A stretch of DNA of 64,000 nucleotides, taken from Geosiphon pyriformis uo1 (taxonomy: Eukaryota; Fungi; Glomeromycota). The stretch lies in the NCBI GenBank assembly GCA_016748015.1, contig JAAOMT010000200.1, positions 680,984 to 744,983 on the forward strand. Reading direction: 5' to 3'. The notes beneath the pieces are model-generated. The model did not search any database. It was not told the DNA's origin and saw nothing but the letters and a program-made list of their open reading frames with translations. A program made the translations under genes and the position numbers. The first letter of the stretch is position 1, and every line of letters starts with the position of its first letter. This document shows, one piece after another, positions 51,199 through 64,000 of the stretch.

Positions 51199-53087
51199 TT
51201 ATTTATTTATTTATTTAATGAGCGAGACCCAAATACAACCTAAAACTATGATGCCACAGAAGAAATTATATTATAGGCATAAATCATGTGTTTTCTACAT
51301 GTGATCAGACACTCAGCCCAATCAAGGACTCACTATACTGAATCAAAAATAGGTGAAAATAACTCCAACCCATGAATTCTCTCAATGATACCTCAGATTT
51401 CTAGAGTCAAAAATAAACTCACTAAGAAAAAATTTAGTAGATTCAATATTGCTTCTGGTTTCAACACCAGACATTTGCCACAAAGCAATAACACACTCAA
51501 CAGTGTCCTCACTTAAAAAGGAAGGCTTAACAGCCAGTATACCATCATAATCTATACCACCAAAGTCAACCTCAGATCTAAGACAAACAATGTTCTTAGA
51601 AATTCCAACCATGAGGTTAGCAAAATTGTTAGCAGCACTCTTCATAGAAATGATATCTTTCTTGACCTGAACAGCCTTAATAGCATTATCATCAAAAAAA
51701 CAAGACACCAAAGCAACCAAAAAACCAACAGGCTCAACAATAGACTTAACCAAAGCAGCCAAATCCGAAATCTGCTTTTTCAAAGAGTTCAATCTGGAAC
51801 CAACAGCAGGATCAGCAGCAGAAGCAGCCAAAGGAGTCACTAAAAGAGGAAACTCAGAAAAACCAGAAGAAGCAATAGTCTTGGCATATAAAGCAAAACC
51901 CACAAAACAAAACTTGAAAACCTTGGGAATTTTGGGAGTGGGAGGTGGAGAAATCTTGTAATCCATGGCCAGATGGCCTATTTCTTGACACCTAAAGCAG
52001 CACTGGCAGCCAGGAGTTTCCCACCAGATACGGCATTTTCTTAGAGTATCAGTCTTGACTACAGCAGAATCCAAATCACCTTGAGAGTCAAATGTAACCA
52101 AAGCAAACTGAAAATGATGACCAGAATTAAAAAAACAAGGGATGAAACATGTTCGACCACCAATCTGAGAAAACATATTACTGATTTCAAAGATGGTACA
52201 GCCAGAGAGAAGGTTGACCAATTTGGCCTTAAACTTATCACGAGACAAAATAATCTTATTTTAATTTACCAGAGGGAGGATTCTAACACTATCCTTGCCC
52301 ACCAAGATTAACCAATGCTTCAAGACAGACACAGCAGAGTCCAACTTTTCAAAATAAACCACCACATACTGCCAAATGCCAGCAGGCTTCAGCACAACAC
52401 GAGTAACACTACCAAACACACTAAGAGCCAACTTAACATTAGCAGCAGACACACCCAAAGGTACATCACACAGTACAACAGCAGCAGGAAAGGAACCAGA
52501 TTCAGAAACCACCAAAGACTTGGCAATTTTGAGAGTGGCCAAACAAACAGAGCTTGTAAGCTCAACCAGAAACACAGCTTCCAAAGACTGTTGAGAAGCA
52601 AACTCCACACAGAAAAGCTTCACATTGTCTTTTGAAACAGATTTAGCATCCAAGAAACCATGCACAAACTGAAAAACAGTCTTAACATGAGCCAATTTGA
52701 TCTTAAAAGTAGCACCAAGTACTAAAGTAGAGGCCACCCACTTAGCAAACCTTTGATGACTAATAATAGTTTCCCAAGCACCACCAGAAGTAGCACCAAA
52801 AACTAGAAAAGGAGATGAATCAGTTTCCATTTGATCAGCCCAGTTCCCAAGAACAGGTGACCCAACAGGAGGAAATTGTTTTGCTTCTAAAACCAGTGAT
52901 AATCTGCCAAAAGACACCACATTTGGCAACACAGCCAGTGGTTGATCTTGCCTAGTTGTTTCTACAACAGAGAGAGCTTCTCTGGTTGAAATTTTATTAG
53001 ATATCTCAGAACAGATATCAGGTGCAGCTTTTTTACTCTTTGCTCTGGTTATGGTCATAAAATTAAGGAGACAAAGAGTTTTTTTTT
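51199..53087 (-). mobile_element. Non-autonomous ORF1-only LINE derivative (HAL1-like architecture)
   Basis: Short 5' UTR, ORF1, LINE-type 3' UTR, (TAAA)n tail; candidate TSD TTTTGAATTTT at 51188-51198 and 53088-53098. Confidence 0.75.
51333..53058 (-). pseudogene. LINE ORF1-like protein (about 570 aa; RRM-like segments, CCHC knuckle, coiled coil)
   Basis: ORFs 52261-53058 and 51382-52248 are in one frame, split by a single TAA; CFRCQEIGHLAMD(C>Y); frameshift near the end, natural stop TAG 51333-51335. Confidence 0.8.
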
Positions 53088-53098
53088 TTTTGAATTTT

Positions 53099-53590
53099 AA
53101 ATCTTTATTTATAATATATATAAATTAATTAATAATATTTTAAAGTTGTTATATTAGATATAATTATTATTTTTAAAAAATACCAAATATTATTAAAAAT
53201 TTTTGTTATTTTTAATAATAATATTAATACTATTTTGTTATTAATTCTGTTGTTAATAAAAATTGGTAAATTTTTAATAAGCTAATTTATTTTTAAAGTA
53301 TTTTTCTATATTTTAGATTATTGTTATTATTAAATTTATTATAATATTATTTAATAGTTTTTGCTAATATTTTAACAAATTAAAAATATATTTTGACAAA
53401 TTACAAGTTATTTTTATTAAATATTAAGTATTTTAATAAATTATTAAATAATTATTAAATATTTTATCAAATTTTGAAATGTTATATATTTTAAAATATT
53501 GTATAATCTGATTATTATAATTAATTTTATTTATGTATTTATAAAAATTAAATTATTAATTAAATAGTAATATTTAATATTTTTATTAGA
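53099..53590. other. Extremely AT-rich spacer
   Basis: Very few C/G; no ORF. Confidence 0.7.
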
Positions 53591-53592
53591 AG

Positions 53593-56500
53593 TTTAATGA
53601 GTGCAGCCCTATACTATCTAAATACATAGATTATCATAACCTAAATTAAGTGTGGCTCATTTTTTTTCTACATGTAACCAGCCATTCGGACCAATCAAGG
53701 CAGCACTACACACTTAAATTACCCACCATAGAGACTTTACACAGAAAACCAAAATCTGATTTGGTTAGACATAGATGTAACCCAAAACACATATGGATAC
53801 TTAGCCTGAAACCAAAATCCCAAACTGTTCCAGCAGACTATAAAAAAGACAAACCAAATACCAAAAAAATAGATAATCTATTACATGGCAGAAAATTATA
53901 TTTTTTGTAAAGGCCCTTAACTTAGCTGCTGGCAGCCAAACAGCAGATCTGTGACTATTAGCAAAATAATGAACAAAATTGACAACCAATACACCTCCAT
54001 CAGAATTAGCACCCAAATAGCCCAATGTGTCAACCACCCAACTCTTTAGCACAAAACTCTTAACCAGTACTGTGAACAAGTCTATGGAAGAAACAGCCTC
54101 ATTTAGTAAATCAGTGACTGCATTCCCATTGACAGAAGTGCTTAGCAACACTCAAATAATTCGAATTATACATCTTCTTCCTTTTGGTCACAGGCAATTA
54201 ATAATAGAGTGCCTTTATAAAGTATAACCAAAGTGTCACCAACGCAGTGCTAGTGTAACCAGATCTGATTCTGTCATTAGGATGCCAAACAAAAAAGTTC
54301 TGGCTTTATTAAAACAGTCACTGAGACCTGCACTAATAATACTACTAATACATCTGGTCTCCCAACCAACAGAGTGAATGACATTGAATAGTTTTTTGGC
54401 AACATAATGAGCATTTCCAGAAACAGGTCTGCCTTCTACAACGAGAAAGCAATAAGGTATCACAATAGGTAAAAAGAACTTAGAGGTGACAGCTATATCA
54501 GCATAGAAATCAGCACATTCATTTTTAACCACACCAGAATTGCCTTTGACTTTATTCCACGAAACCAACAAATCTTTTTTTGCAATGATACAGCAAATAT
54601 GTTTTTTTTCAATCCAGCATTTATTATAAAAGTCAGGACTAGTCATACCACTGGTAGATTTACATAAGTTCAATAAAGCTTGGCTGTCTGTATACAAAAT
54701 AACTGATTAAGAAGCAGACACACACTTCAAAGCAAATGCAATGGCCCGCATTTCTACCAGAGTTGATGACAGCAATCCATCTACCTTAATCTTAACACTA
54801 ACATCCACATTTGGAAAATAGGCAGTGGCACCACCACAAGCACTTAAAAAACCCAAATTTTTGACTGAACCATCTATGTAAATGGTTATAAAACCCAATC
54901 TGGAGTTTAGCAAACATTCACCAATATAACCAAAGTCACAAAGAGAGTTAGTAGGAATGGAACAAGAAGACAACATCACACTATTCAACAAGCCATTCTC
55001 AATGATAAATTTAACCAAAAAAGCAAACCAGACAAGAACTGGGTCTTTAGGGTCCAGCTTCTTTCACCTGCAAAAAGTATTCTACATAAAACACTTACCA
55101 TGGTGGTCCAAAAGTTGGTTTACAAACACCACACTGTATTTTTTAAGAGACTTCACTATGTTCAAATAAAATTCAAAACTGAGCACATTCAAGACTGCAA
55201 TATTATTTCCAGCCTAAAAAACATTCAACAGATTACTGTCCAATGACAAGTTGCACAGTTTGAGAGCACGTGTTGCACCAGCCAAAAAGCAATTTGTGGA
55301 ATTGATCAGCAACTTAATTGAAAATTTAAGAGAGTGTTAGGACATCCAGCTAGCAGCCTACAACTCTATAGCTCTGTATTCGAATAATTCACTGAGAATT
55401 CCATCAGCATTAGCAAATTTAACCAGGCCAGCCAGCTGATTTTCAGTCATTACTTATTCAAAAGTTCTTAAACCATATAGCTCTGGATAACACAAAGCTT
55501 TACTTGAAAAATTCTTGGGCAGATTGGTCTTAAGCTTTAAACCCTTCCTCAATATTTTGTTTCACTTCTCACATACATTCTTAGAAACACAGCTGAACGA
55601 CAATTTATATCCAATTATGGGCTGCAGAACAGCAGAAACCAAATACAAAAACTGCTTTTCAGTAATGGCTTTCCTCAATACCACATTTGAAAAAAACTTG
55701 ACATCTGAATGAGCTTTGGCCAAACTCGGTTTAGACAGGCCATCTATAGAAAAAAAAATCCTTAAATATCAGTAAGATTCACTCTTTTTGGCAATGGAGA
55801 TTTTAAAACCACTAATAGACAATGAAGCTTCTCTGGTCCCTTGATTAATAAAAATAGCAACTGTTTTGTCTGTGTTAATAGCAATGTTATTGACCAAGAA
55901 AAAATTATTCACAATGTCCAAAATGCGCTGTATAGCCACCAGGCAGTTTTCAATCTAAATAGTATCATCTACAAAGACACCAGCTGCAAAAAAAGACGTT
56001 TTGCCACCCTTAGGGTTAGCTCTACCAGTTTTAATGAAATATTTTGAATTCAACCTATATTCACACAATTGTTCATGTTTTTTGACCTTACAAAACAGAG
56101 AATCATAGAAAATTCTCCATAGTAATGGTAAAAAAACTTCCTCTTGATCTAACTCATCATGAACAATATATCTATTAGTGAGCCCAAAGTCTGTCATCAC
56201 CCGGTTGGTCTGGCTATTGTGTATGTTTCCAAAGAATTTAATAAAATGGGAGCACATCTTGATCTTAACTAAACTGTTTCTTAAATGGGGCCATTTGACT
56301 GAGTCATAAGCCTTCTATATATCTTGAAGCACCAGCCACAGCTTTTTATTCTTTTTAAGTACATTCTCAATGATAGAACCAATGGTAAAAATCAGAGTTT
56401 GAGTAGATGTATCCTTCAAAATTAAGAAATTATTATCATGAAAGACATTAAATTTACTGCATGCCAGAGATATCCTGTCAAAAAGAATCTTAGACAGTAT

Positions 56501-58028
56501 CTTCTTGGGTGTCTCAATCAAAGCTATAGGTCTGGTATTAGTGAATGTCTCCTCCCAATCATAAGGCTTTAGTATCATAGAGATCCAGACTTGTTTCTAC
56601 TTTAGAGAAACTACACCCAACTCCAAACACACATTGAGAATGTCCAACAAACTGCCTAGAATCTTAGCATTTTCATGCTTCTATAGCTCATTAAAAATAC
56701 CAGAAATGCCAGTAGCCTTCCTATCAGGCAGTTTTTTGACCACCAGGAAAAACTCATCTGATCCAATCACATTCATGACATTTGAAAATGCACTATCACT
56801 AACATAATCCAAAAGGACATATTGATTAGACCAATGAATAGGCAGAGAAATGAAAGCAACTTGTTTTCTTGTCCAACCTTTTATAATACCATTAACAGCA
56901 GATTTAACCTCCTTAAATTTTAAAATTAACTCATCATCTACTATTAAATAATCTAGCACTACTTTTTTAAATGACCAGTCCAAAATATTTTTGATTATAT
57001 GTCTTTTATTGGAGCTGAAGGTTTCTATGTATCTGTCTATTGCTTTTCTGATTGAAATATCTCTGACCACTTTAAACTCATAGTATTTGGACTTATGGTA
57101 CAATTTTTTGATTCCTGATAGATATAGAAGAATGCTTTCCCTATTCTCACTGTTATCAAACATTGTGCATGCTTTGGATGCTCCCTTACTATCCAAAGTA
57201 GACCATATCTTAAAGAGGCAAACAGCTTCTGACTCTTAATCTGAACTTAAACACTTCACCAACTTGGCTACTAACAATTCTAGCTTAAAGAACTTTGAAG
57301 ACTGCTTATTTTTTAGACAATTAAACTCACTAAACCAGTGTTTAGAAAACACACTATCAGCTGAGCTTGTAACTACTTCTCTGAAGATTCTCCACATAAC
57401 ATCCAAATTTTTAGCAATCTTTGTATCATTGAATATATTCATATGTTCCAAAAACTTAACCAATGAATATTCCTTAAATTGTGCTTACTTATTAGCATCT
57501 GCATCCTTGATCTTAAATTTCCACTTATCTTTATTGGCCTGCTTATGCTCATTATTGAGCCAGGCATCCAAAAAACCACCCAAACCAACTAAAACCAACA
57601 TAACATTATGATTAATGTCAAAAAAATCAGAGACAGGAGTAACTTTGTAACCAGCCAATGTAGACGACAAACTCTCACTTACAAAAATGTAGTCAATAAT
57701 CTTCTCAGCACTCTGGGAATTGTTTCAAGTGGAAGCTTTGATAAGAGAGTTTTCACTAAAAGAGTTAATCAATCCCAAATCTGAGCAGAACTTAAAACTA
57801 GCACTCTTTTTACATCTATTTTCATTGAAATCACCACCCAAAACTACAAACGTAAAGGAGTTAGCAGTCTTAGCAATAAGAAAGTTGATTTCATAAGCTT
57901 GACCAAACCTGGTCTTAGCAGAAGCACCTGTATATAGGCCCAAAAACACTACTGACAACTTGCTCTTGAAAAAAAACCAAACAGAAACAAGATAACCAAG
58001 AATCTTCTTGACTTTAAACACATAATAT
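53593..58028 (-). mobile_element. LINE fragment 2: ORF2 APE endonuclease (C-part), RT, RNase H, 3' UTR; interrupted in APE by element G
   Basis: VLGGDFNE, IDYIF, INH (APE); TRPIALIE, KAYDSV, FVDDT (RT); IYIDGS, YTDSQ, KVKGNSG, NECAD (RNase H); stop TAG 53706-53708. Confidence 0.9.
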
Positions 58029-59000
58029 TGTTATTGAAGGTTTTTGGTCTCTTTTCTTGAATGTTGTTAATGTTAATTTGCTGTGAATTTACGTTTTTAA
58101 GAAGTAATTGAACCTCCAGTAACTGAATTTATTTTTAAATTATCTTCTATAATTTGAACTGTTGGACTTATAAGTGGAATGGCCAATTCCTTGCCAGTTA
58201 TTTTATGTAGTTACATTGTAGTAAATGTTAACTCTTTCCCAAGAATTGCTTGTCTGGAAGCTCACTAAAAATGTGTAGTTACTTTGCTGTAAAAGTCAAC
58301 TCTTTTACAGGAATCTCGTCTGTAGGCTACTCTAATGATTATGATAAGAAAAGAAAAGAAAAATAAAAAAAATGTAAAAGAAATAGAATTTTATCAAAGG
58401 AAACGTTTTCTATCAAGGCCTGGAATCACTAACAGTTTATTGAAATTGGTAGCTAATCAATTTCAAAATGTTAGTTGTGTTGAAAGAATTTCAAGTATAA
58501 TAATTTAAGAATTTGGTTTTTGAATATTTAATTTTTATTTGATTTTGTAAAAAGTAATTTGTTTCAATTAAGATAACTAAAGTAGGATGCTATGGTATGA
58601 TACTATGAAAAGATACATTTTTTTGAAGAAAAAAGCTTTTCTTTTATACAACTTGTTGTAGTACTAGTCTTTGAACTTGCACTTTTCTCTTTGCTACAAT
58701 TTGGGTGAACTAAAGATACATTTTGGCAAACTTACAAGTTATTTCACTGAACTATTGATTATTTCGGCCAATTTTCATTAATTTTGGCGAATTTTGACTA
58801 TGTTAAATGGTTCAAGATATTGTGTAATTTGATCATCTTAATTTCTAGACTACAAATTGAATTATTGATTGAGTAATAATATTTGATAATTTGATTAAAT
58901 AATAAGTAATAATCGAAATAATAATGATATATGCTAATTAATAATAGGAATTATAAGAGTAATTTCATGCTAATTAATAGCTAAAATTCTACTGGTAACA
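58029..59000 (-). repeat. 3' LTR of element G (972 bp)
   Basis: TGTTA...TAACA termini; reverse complement matches 7672-8590. Confidence 0.93.
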
Positions 59001-59687
59001 TAATCTTCTCCTTAAAATTGAGCTTTATCAAAGTTTAAGCACTATCTGTAATGTTAAGATAGTGGTCTAATATAATTGAAGTGATTTGGTCTGAAAATTG
59101 TTGAAATTTCAGTTCTGTGAGTTTGCCAATGTGTTGAACTTTTATTGGTTGCAGTATTAAATTTTGTAGAACATTTTCACAAGTGTTGAACAAATCATAA
59201 AGTCTAAAAGCTGTTCTAAGTTTGTAACGAGTATTTGTTAGTCCAGCTGCTGTTTTGAATTTATTGTGAATTTGTTTTTGTATAGTCTCAGGAGTGATGT
59301 TGGTTGCTTTAAGTTCTAGTTTTCGTTCATAAAGTGTTTTTTCAATGTAAAAATATCTATATATAAGAGTATGTTTATTGTTCTGTTCATTAAAGAATAG
59401 TAGAAGTTTTTGTTGAATTGTGGTATTTGGTAGAATGTCAATAGGGGCAGATAAAAGATTTTCTTTTAGTACTTGTTTCAAAAGTTCTGGTAATTTATTT
59501 CTAGAGTGACCTTTTGTTTTTTTTCTATAGAAGTAATAATTCTAAGAATTATTTACTACTGGGGCTGTGGTTTTTTCTGAATGTAATTAATTTAATTTCT
59601 ATTAATCATTATAGATAAGTTAGGAAGTGTTTTCAAAGCTAACATTAATTTTTGGAATATTTGTTGAATATTTCGGAGAATAATCAT
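58981..59687 (-). pseudogene. Element G ORF3
   Basis: MIILRNIQQI start at 59687; ORF 59035-59481; one frameshift. Confidence 0.82.
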
Positions 59688-59851
59688 GATAAAAATAACT
59701 AACTAATAAACAAAATTTGAAAAAAAATAAAGAAAATTATTTTTGGGTATAGGATTTTTATTTGTTTTTGGGTTTGAATGTTTTTTCTAATTATTTACTA
59801 TTTTTGATTTATGTTTTGTGTATTTTTAAAGGAGTTTGTGAAAATGTTAAA

Positions 59852-61238
59852 TTAAGTGTTCAAGTTTGGTTATTGTTTTATTATAATTATTGGTTCTAAA
59901 TTTTGAGGAATATCTTCAGAATCAATTAAAGGGGAATGTATACCAATTTGTGGAATTAATAGTTCAGGATTGTTTTTAAAGTAATAGTGTTTCAATCAAT
60001 TGCCATGTGCAACTTTTGCTAGTACTTTGTCATCAAGTCTTAACTTATATGATTCATTGTCTAGAATTTCGTGAATATAAAATGGTCTATCTCATTTATG
60101 TTCAAATTTTCTACTTCATTGTTTTTTAGCCTTAGTTCTGTGTAAGAAAACTTTATTTCCAACTTTAAATTCGTTGGTAACTGGTGGCAGTTTGTTGTCA
60201 TGTTTTTCTTTTTGTAGGGCTTGGAAGTGTTTAATATAAGTAACTGCTATGTGTTTTTTTCCTTTCAATGTACTAAGAAAAGTGTAAGCTCTTCTTTGAA
60301 GTGTTTCTTGGAAGTTTTTTTCATTGATTGGTTGCACTGGATATGTTTCTACTGTGAAATTAATTGGTAATGTTGCTGTTTTTCTATAAGTAAGATTAAA
60401 TGGTGTGTGTTTTGTAGTATCTTGTTTTAGTGTTCTGTATGTTAATAACACTGATGGAATAAAGATATCCCATTCCTGCTCAAAGTCTTTTGAGACTTTG
60501 GCTAAAGATTTACACAATGTTCTGTTGAATTGTTCTACAAGTTCATTTGTTTGAAAGTGATAAGATGATAATAAAGGTCTTTTGACATTGAATCATTTAC
60601 AAATTTTTTGTATCAAGTTGTTCACAAAATGTGTTTTTTGATCAGATAAAAGTTCAATTGGGCATTCATGTCTACAAATAATGTCTTCATAGATGAAATT
60701 TGCTACTGATTTTGCATTTGTTCTTTGAATAGCTCTAGCTTCAGACTATTTGGTGAGATAATCTACTGCAATTGCAATATAATGATTTCCTTGAGTTGTG
60801 ATAGGTAATGGTCCGACTAAATCAATTCCAACTCTGTCAAAAAGTTGTCCAACTTTGATTGAATTTAAAGGTTCTATGGGGCAAGTTCCTCCTCTTTTTT
60901 GACAACTATCACAAGATTCTACATATTGTCAAATGTTTTTTTGTATTTAAGGCCAAAAGTAATGTTCAAAAATTCTTTGGATTGTTTCATCTCTTCCTAA
61001 GTGTGCTGAAGAAGAATCTGTGTATATGTTGTATAGGATTGTTTTTTTTTTCATTTTTTTGTACTAATCTGAGTAGTTGGTTTGGATTTCTGCAATTTTT
61101 GTAATAGATTTTGTTGTGATGTATGAAATATTGTTTGGATTGGTGTTGTAATCAATGTTTTTTACTTGGAGACCAATTTTCTGGCATGATAAGAGTCTCC
61201 AAATAGTTTTTAATATTGTTGTAATTTCTAGGATCCAT
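59852..61238 (-). pseudogene. Element G integrase, own ATG
   Basis: MDPRNY; AHLG; GIDLVGP; ends NLEPIIIIK. Confidence 0.9.
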
Positions 61239-61294
61239 TTTTGTTTGGTTATTGTTGATAAATTGGTAAATTGTGATGGGTTTTGTTGTTGATA

Positions 61295-64000
61295 TTAATC
61301 TTGTTTTATTCTTGAGAGGCTATCAACATTGGTATGTAGTTTTCCTGGTTTGTAATGTACAATATATCTGTAGTCTGCTAGGTAATTATTCCATTGAGAC
61401 TGTTTGGCCCTTTGTTCAGTTTTCTTTTTATTAAGCCATTTGAGGCCAATATTGTTAATTATGATGTTAAATTTTTTTCCATTCTTCAGGTATTGTTGAA
61501 AGTGTTTGAGAGCCCAGATGACTGTGGCAGCTTTTAATTTAGTTGAGCCATATTTGAGTTTTGTTGGTTTGAGTGTTTTGTTGACATAAGCAATGACTTG
61601 TTCTTGGCTATTTTCATCTAATTGTGATAAGATAGCACTAAAAACTATGTGTAAAGCATCAGTGGCTAGTTGGAACTGTTTGTTGAAATCTGAGTAAGCA
61701 AGAACTGAGGCTGTTGTCAATTTTGTTTTGAGAGTTTCAAAAGCTTTTTGTTGTTCTTCAGTCCATTGATATGACATGTTTTTGTTGATAAGATAGTTGA
61801 GTGGTTTGGCAATTTCTGAGAATCTTTTTATGAATTTTCAATAGTAGGAGGCTAATTCTACAAATTCTTATAGGTCTGTGATATTTTTGGGAGTTTAAAA
61901 GTTTTTGACAGCACTAATTGTTCCAGGGTTTGGTTTGACTCTATCTTTGCTTACAATGTGTCCAAGAAAGATTAAGCTTGTTTTTCCAAAGTGATATTTC
62001 TCAATGTTTAACTTTAATCCTGCTTTTTATAATCATTGAAAAACTTCTCACAAGTGGATAAGATAAACTTTAAAGCTTGGTAAGTATACATCAGTGTCAT
62101 CAAGATAAACAACTACTGATTGCCATAAGAGTCTTTTATATACAACATCTATGAGTTGTTGGAATGTTGCTGGTACATTGCAAAGTCCAAACGGCATAAC
62201 ATTAAACTTATAGTTCCCTCCTTGAGTGGTGAATGCTGTTTTGAGTCAGTTTTTTGGGTTCATTTTGACTTGCTAGTATCCACTTTCCAAGTCTAAGATT
62301 GAGAAGAACTTAGCTTTTCCTAGAGCATCTAGCATGTCATTAATTCTTGGAAGAGGATAGACATCTCTAATTGTAATACTATTTAATTGTCTGTAGTCAA
62401 CCCAAAATCTGATTTTTCCATTTTTTTTCTTAAATAGAACTACTGGTGAGGCCCATGAACTTCTTGATAGTTCAATTAATCTATTATTGAGCATTTTTTG
62501 GATCTTCTCTCTAATAAATTAGTGGCTAGCAAGTAAAACACAATAGGCTTGTTGTCATTTTGGTGAAGCATTTCCTGTGTGGATTTGATGTTGAACAATA
62601 TCAGTTTTTCCAAGATCATTGTTGTCTTTTGCAAATATATCTGCAAATTCAGCTATCAGTTGTTTTAATTGTCTTTGTTGTTGGGGTTTTAAGGGACCCA
62701 TGTTGATTTGAGAGAGTTTTTTTTCTAACAGGTGATAGTTTTCAGTAATAGGGGTGATGTTTGAATTTGAAAGTAGAGTATGTCTTATAATTTCGATGAA
62801 ATTAGAGACAATTTGAGAGTTTTCATCTTAGAAGATATTACTGTGTATGATTCCAATTTCTAATTTATTTAATAGAACAATAGGATAATTATTGGGGTTG
62901 TAGAATATAACTCAAAATTTTTTTATTTCTTTGAGAATATAAACGTTTGGAATTGAGATTTCATGCTTTAAACAGATTTGTTCATTGGATTCAAAGATTT
63001 GTTGGGTAGTGGTGGGTTTTGAGCAAGTGTAAATTTTGTGATGTTTACCAAAAGATGAAATAGTAATTGGTTGGGGAAGTTAAAGAATCTGGTGGGATTC
63101 ATTCTGTGCATTGAGAGCTATGTTTACTGGCACTGTAAATCGTTCAGTTGAACCAAAATCTTGAGTTTCTCTTTCACTTTTTTCCAATTGTTCTCTGTTC
63201 TTTACTGATTGTAAATCCAAAATGTTGATTAAGAGTAGGTAAATTGCTTGGCCAATTTTCTCAACATGTTTAATCCTAAATGGTTTGTCTGTTTCATTCT
63301 GTAACATGATAGTAATGTTTCCAGTATATCCTGCATCTATAATTTTTTCTCTAATGTTGATTCTTTTGCTTGTCAATAATAATCTGAATGCAATTTAAAC
63401 CATTGCTCCAGGTGGAATTTCAAGAACAATTTTAAGATTAATTTTTGTTAAGGACTTTGGTTGGAGAACCAAAGTGTCTTTGCCAGAATATCTGAGGTTA
63501 TATCCTGCATTAATTTCGTGAGCTTTTTCTGGTTTTATTCTTTTTCCATTGTTGTCAAAGTATTTGAGTTGTATAGTAGACTGGTTTTTAATAAAATAGA
63601 TTGGTATAATTGCAATTTCTTCTTTTGTTTCTAGTTTTCTCAATTCAATTTCTTCCTGGTTATTTTTGCTGAGTAAGGAGATGCTAAGAGCATAGCATTC
63701 TGGACATTATTTGTTATCACAAGGCATGATGCATTCTTTATACAATTGAATGTTCATTTGCTCTAATCATTAAATTTGAGCTTCTTGGGTTGGATATATG
63801 TGGCTTGCAATTTGGTGGTATATCTCTACCTTATCTTTATAGTTGAATTCAGCTAATTCTATTGTATATTCAATGTACTCATCTTTTTTTATTTGGCAGA
63901 CATCTTCCTGTGTGGCTCTATTAATTAAAGCCATTGCTAAATTAAAGATTATTTTAGCATCATGAGAGTAGTGGTAAAGTTTGTTGAGAGCACTGTTATA
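61295..64000 (-). pseudogene. Element G pol part: end of Cys-rich domain, dUTPase (about 63140-63570), RT, RNase H
   Basis: AGYNL, IIDAGYTGNI, FGST; YLDD; TDAL; DSLSRIKQD then TAA 61295-61297. Confidence 0.92.

Larger units (their letters stand above)
58029..64000 (-). mobile_element. Ty3/Gypsy LTR retrotransposon G (same family as A; 5' part outside window)
   Basis: LTR 58029-59000 nearly collinear with the A LTR; PPT complement at 59004-59014; ORF3, IN, RH, RT and dUTPase follow. Confidence 0.95.

Overview
Very AT-rich eukaryotic DNA made entirely of decayed retrotransposons, with no host gene. The protein style resembles Glomeromycota/Geosiphon-type fungal Gypsy elements; this is recollection, not verified. 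Six Ty3/Gypsy LTR elements are present. A (<1-8590, +) and G (58029->64000, -) belong to one family and each is inserted in a LINE. B (12212-50297, -, TSD ATAT) contains C (15120-45485, -, TSD ACAG), which contains E (19910-29826, +, TSD CCAG/CTAG) and D (32589-42928, -, TSD CCGA/CCAA). The window also holds two RNase H-bearing LINE fragments (8591-11880 and 53593-58028, both -) and an ORF1-only non-autonomous LINE derivative (51199-53087, -). All ORFs are broken, mostly by C>T/G>A transitions. The main result is a shared unusual architecture across four LTR families. (1) An ATG-depleted N-terminal extension of about 245-320 codons, starting at a conserved GTG in C, D and E, lies in frame with an ATG-started capsid. 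(2) Gag-PR-[Cys-rich domain]-[dUTPase, absent in B]-RT-RNaseH is one frame and stops right after RNase H. (3) Integrase is a separate ATG-started cistron ending in a P-x-I/V-x-I motif. (4) A conserved non-env ORF3 of about 220-245 aa abuts the PPT. (5) Cis signals include an anti-PBS hairpin in U5 (C, D, weaker in A/E/G) and a GGAGCTCA box before the PPT.
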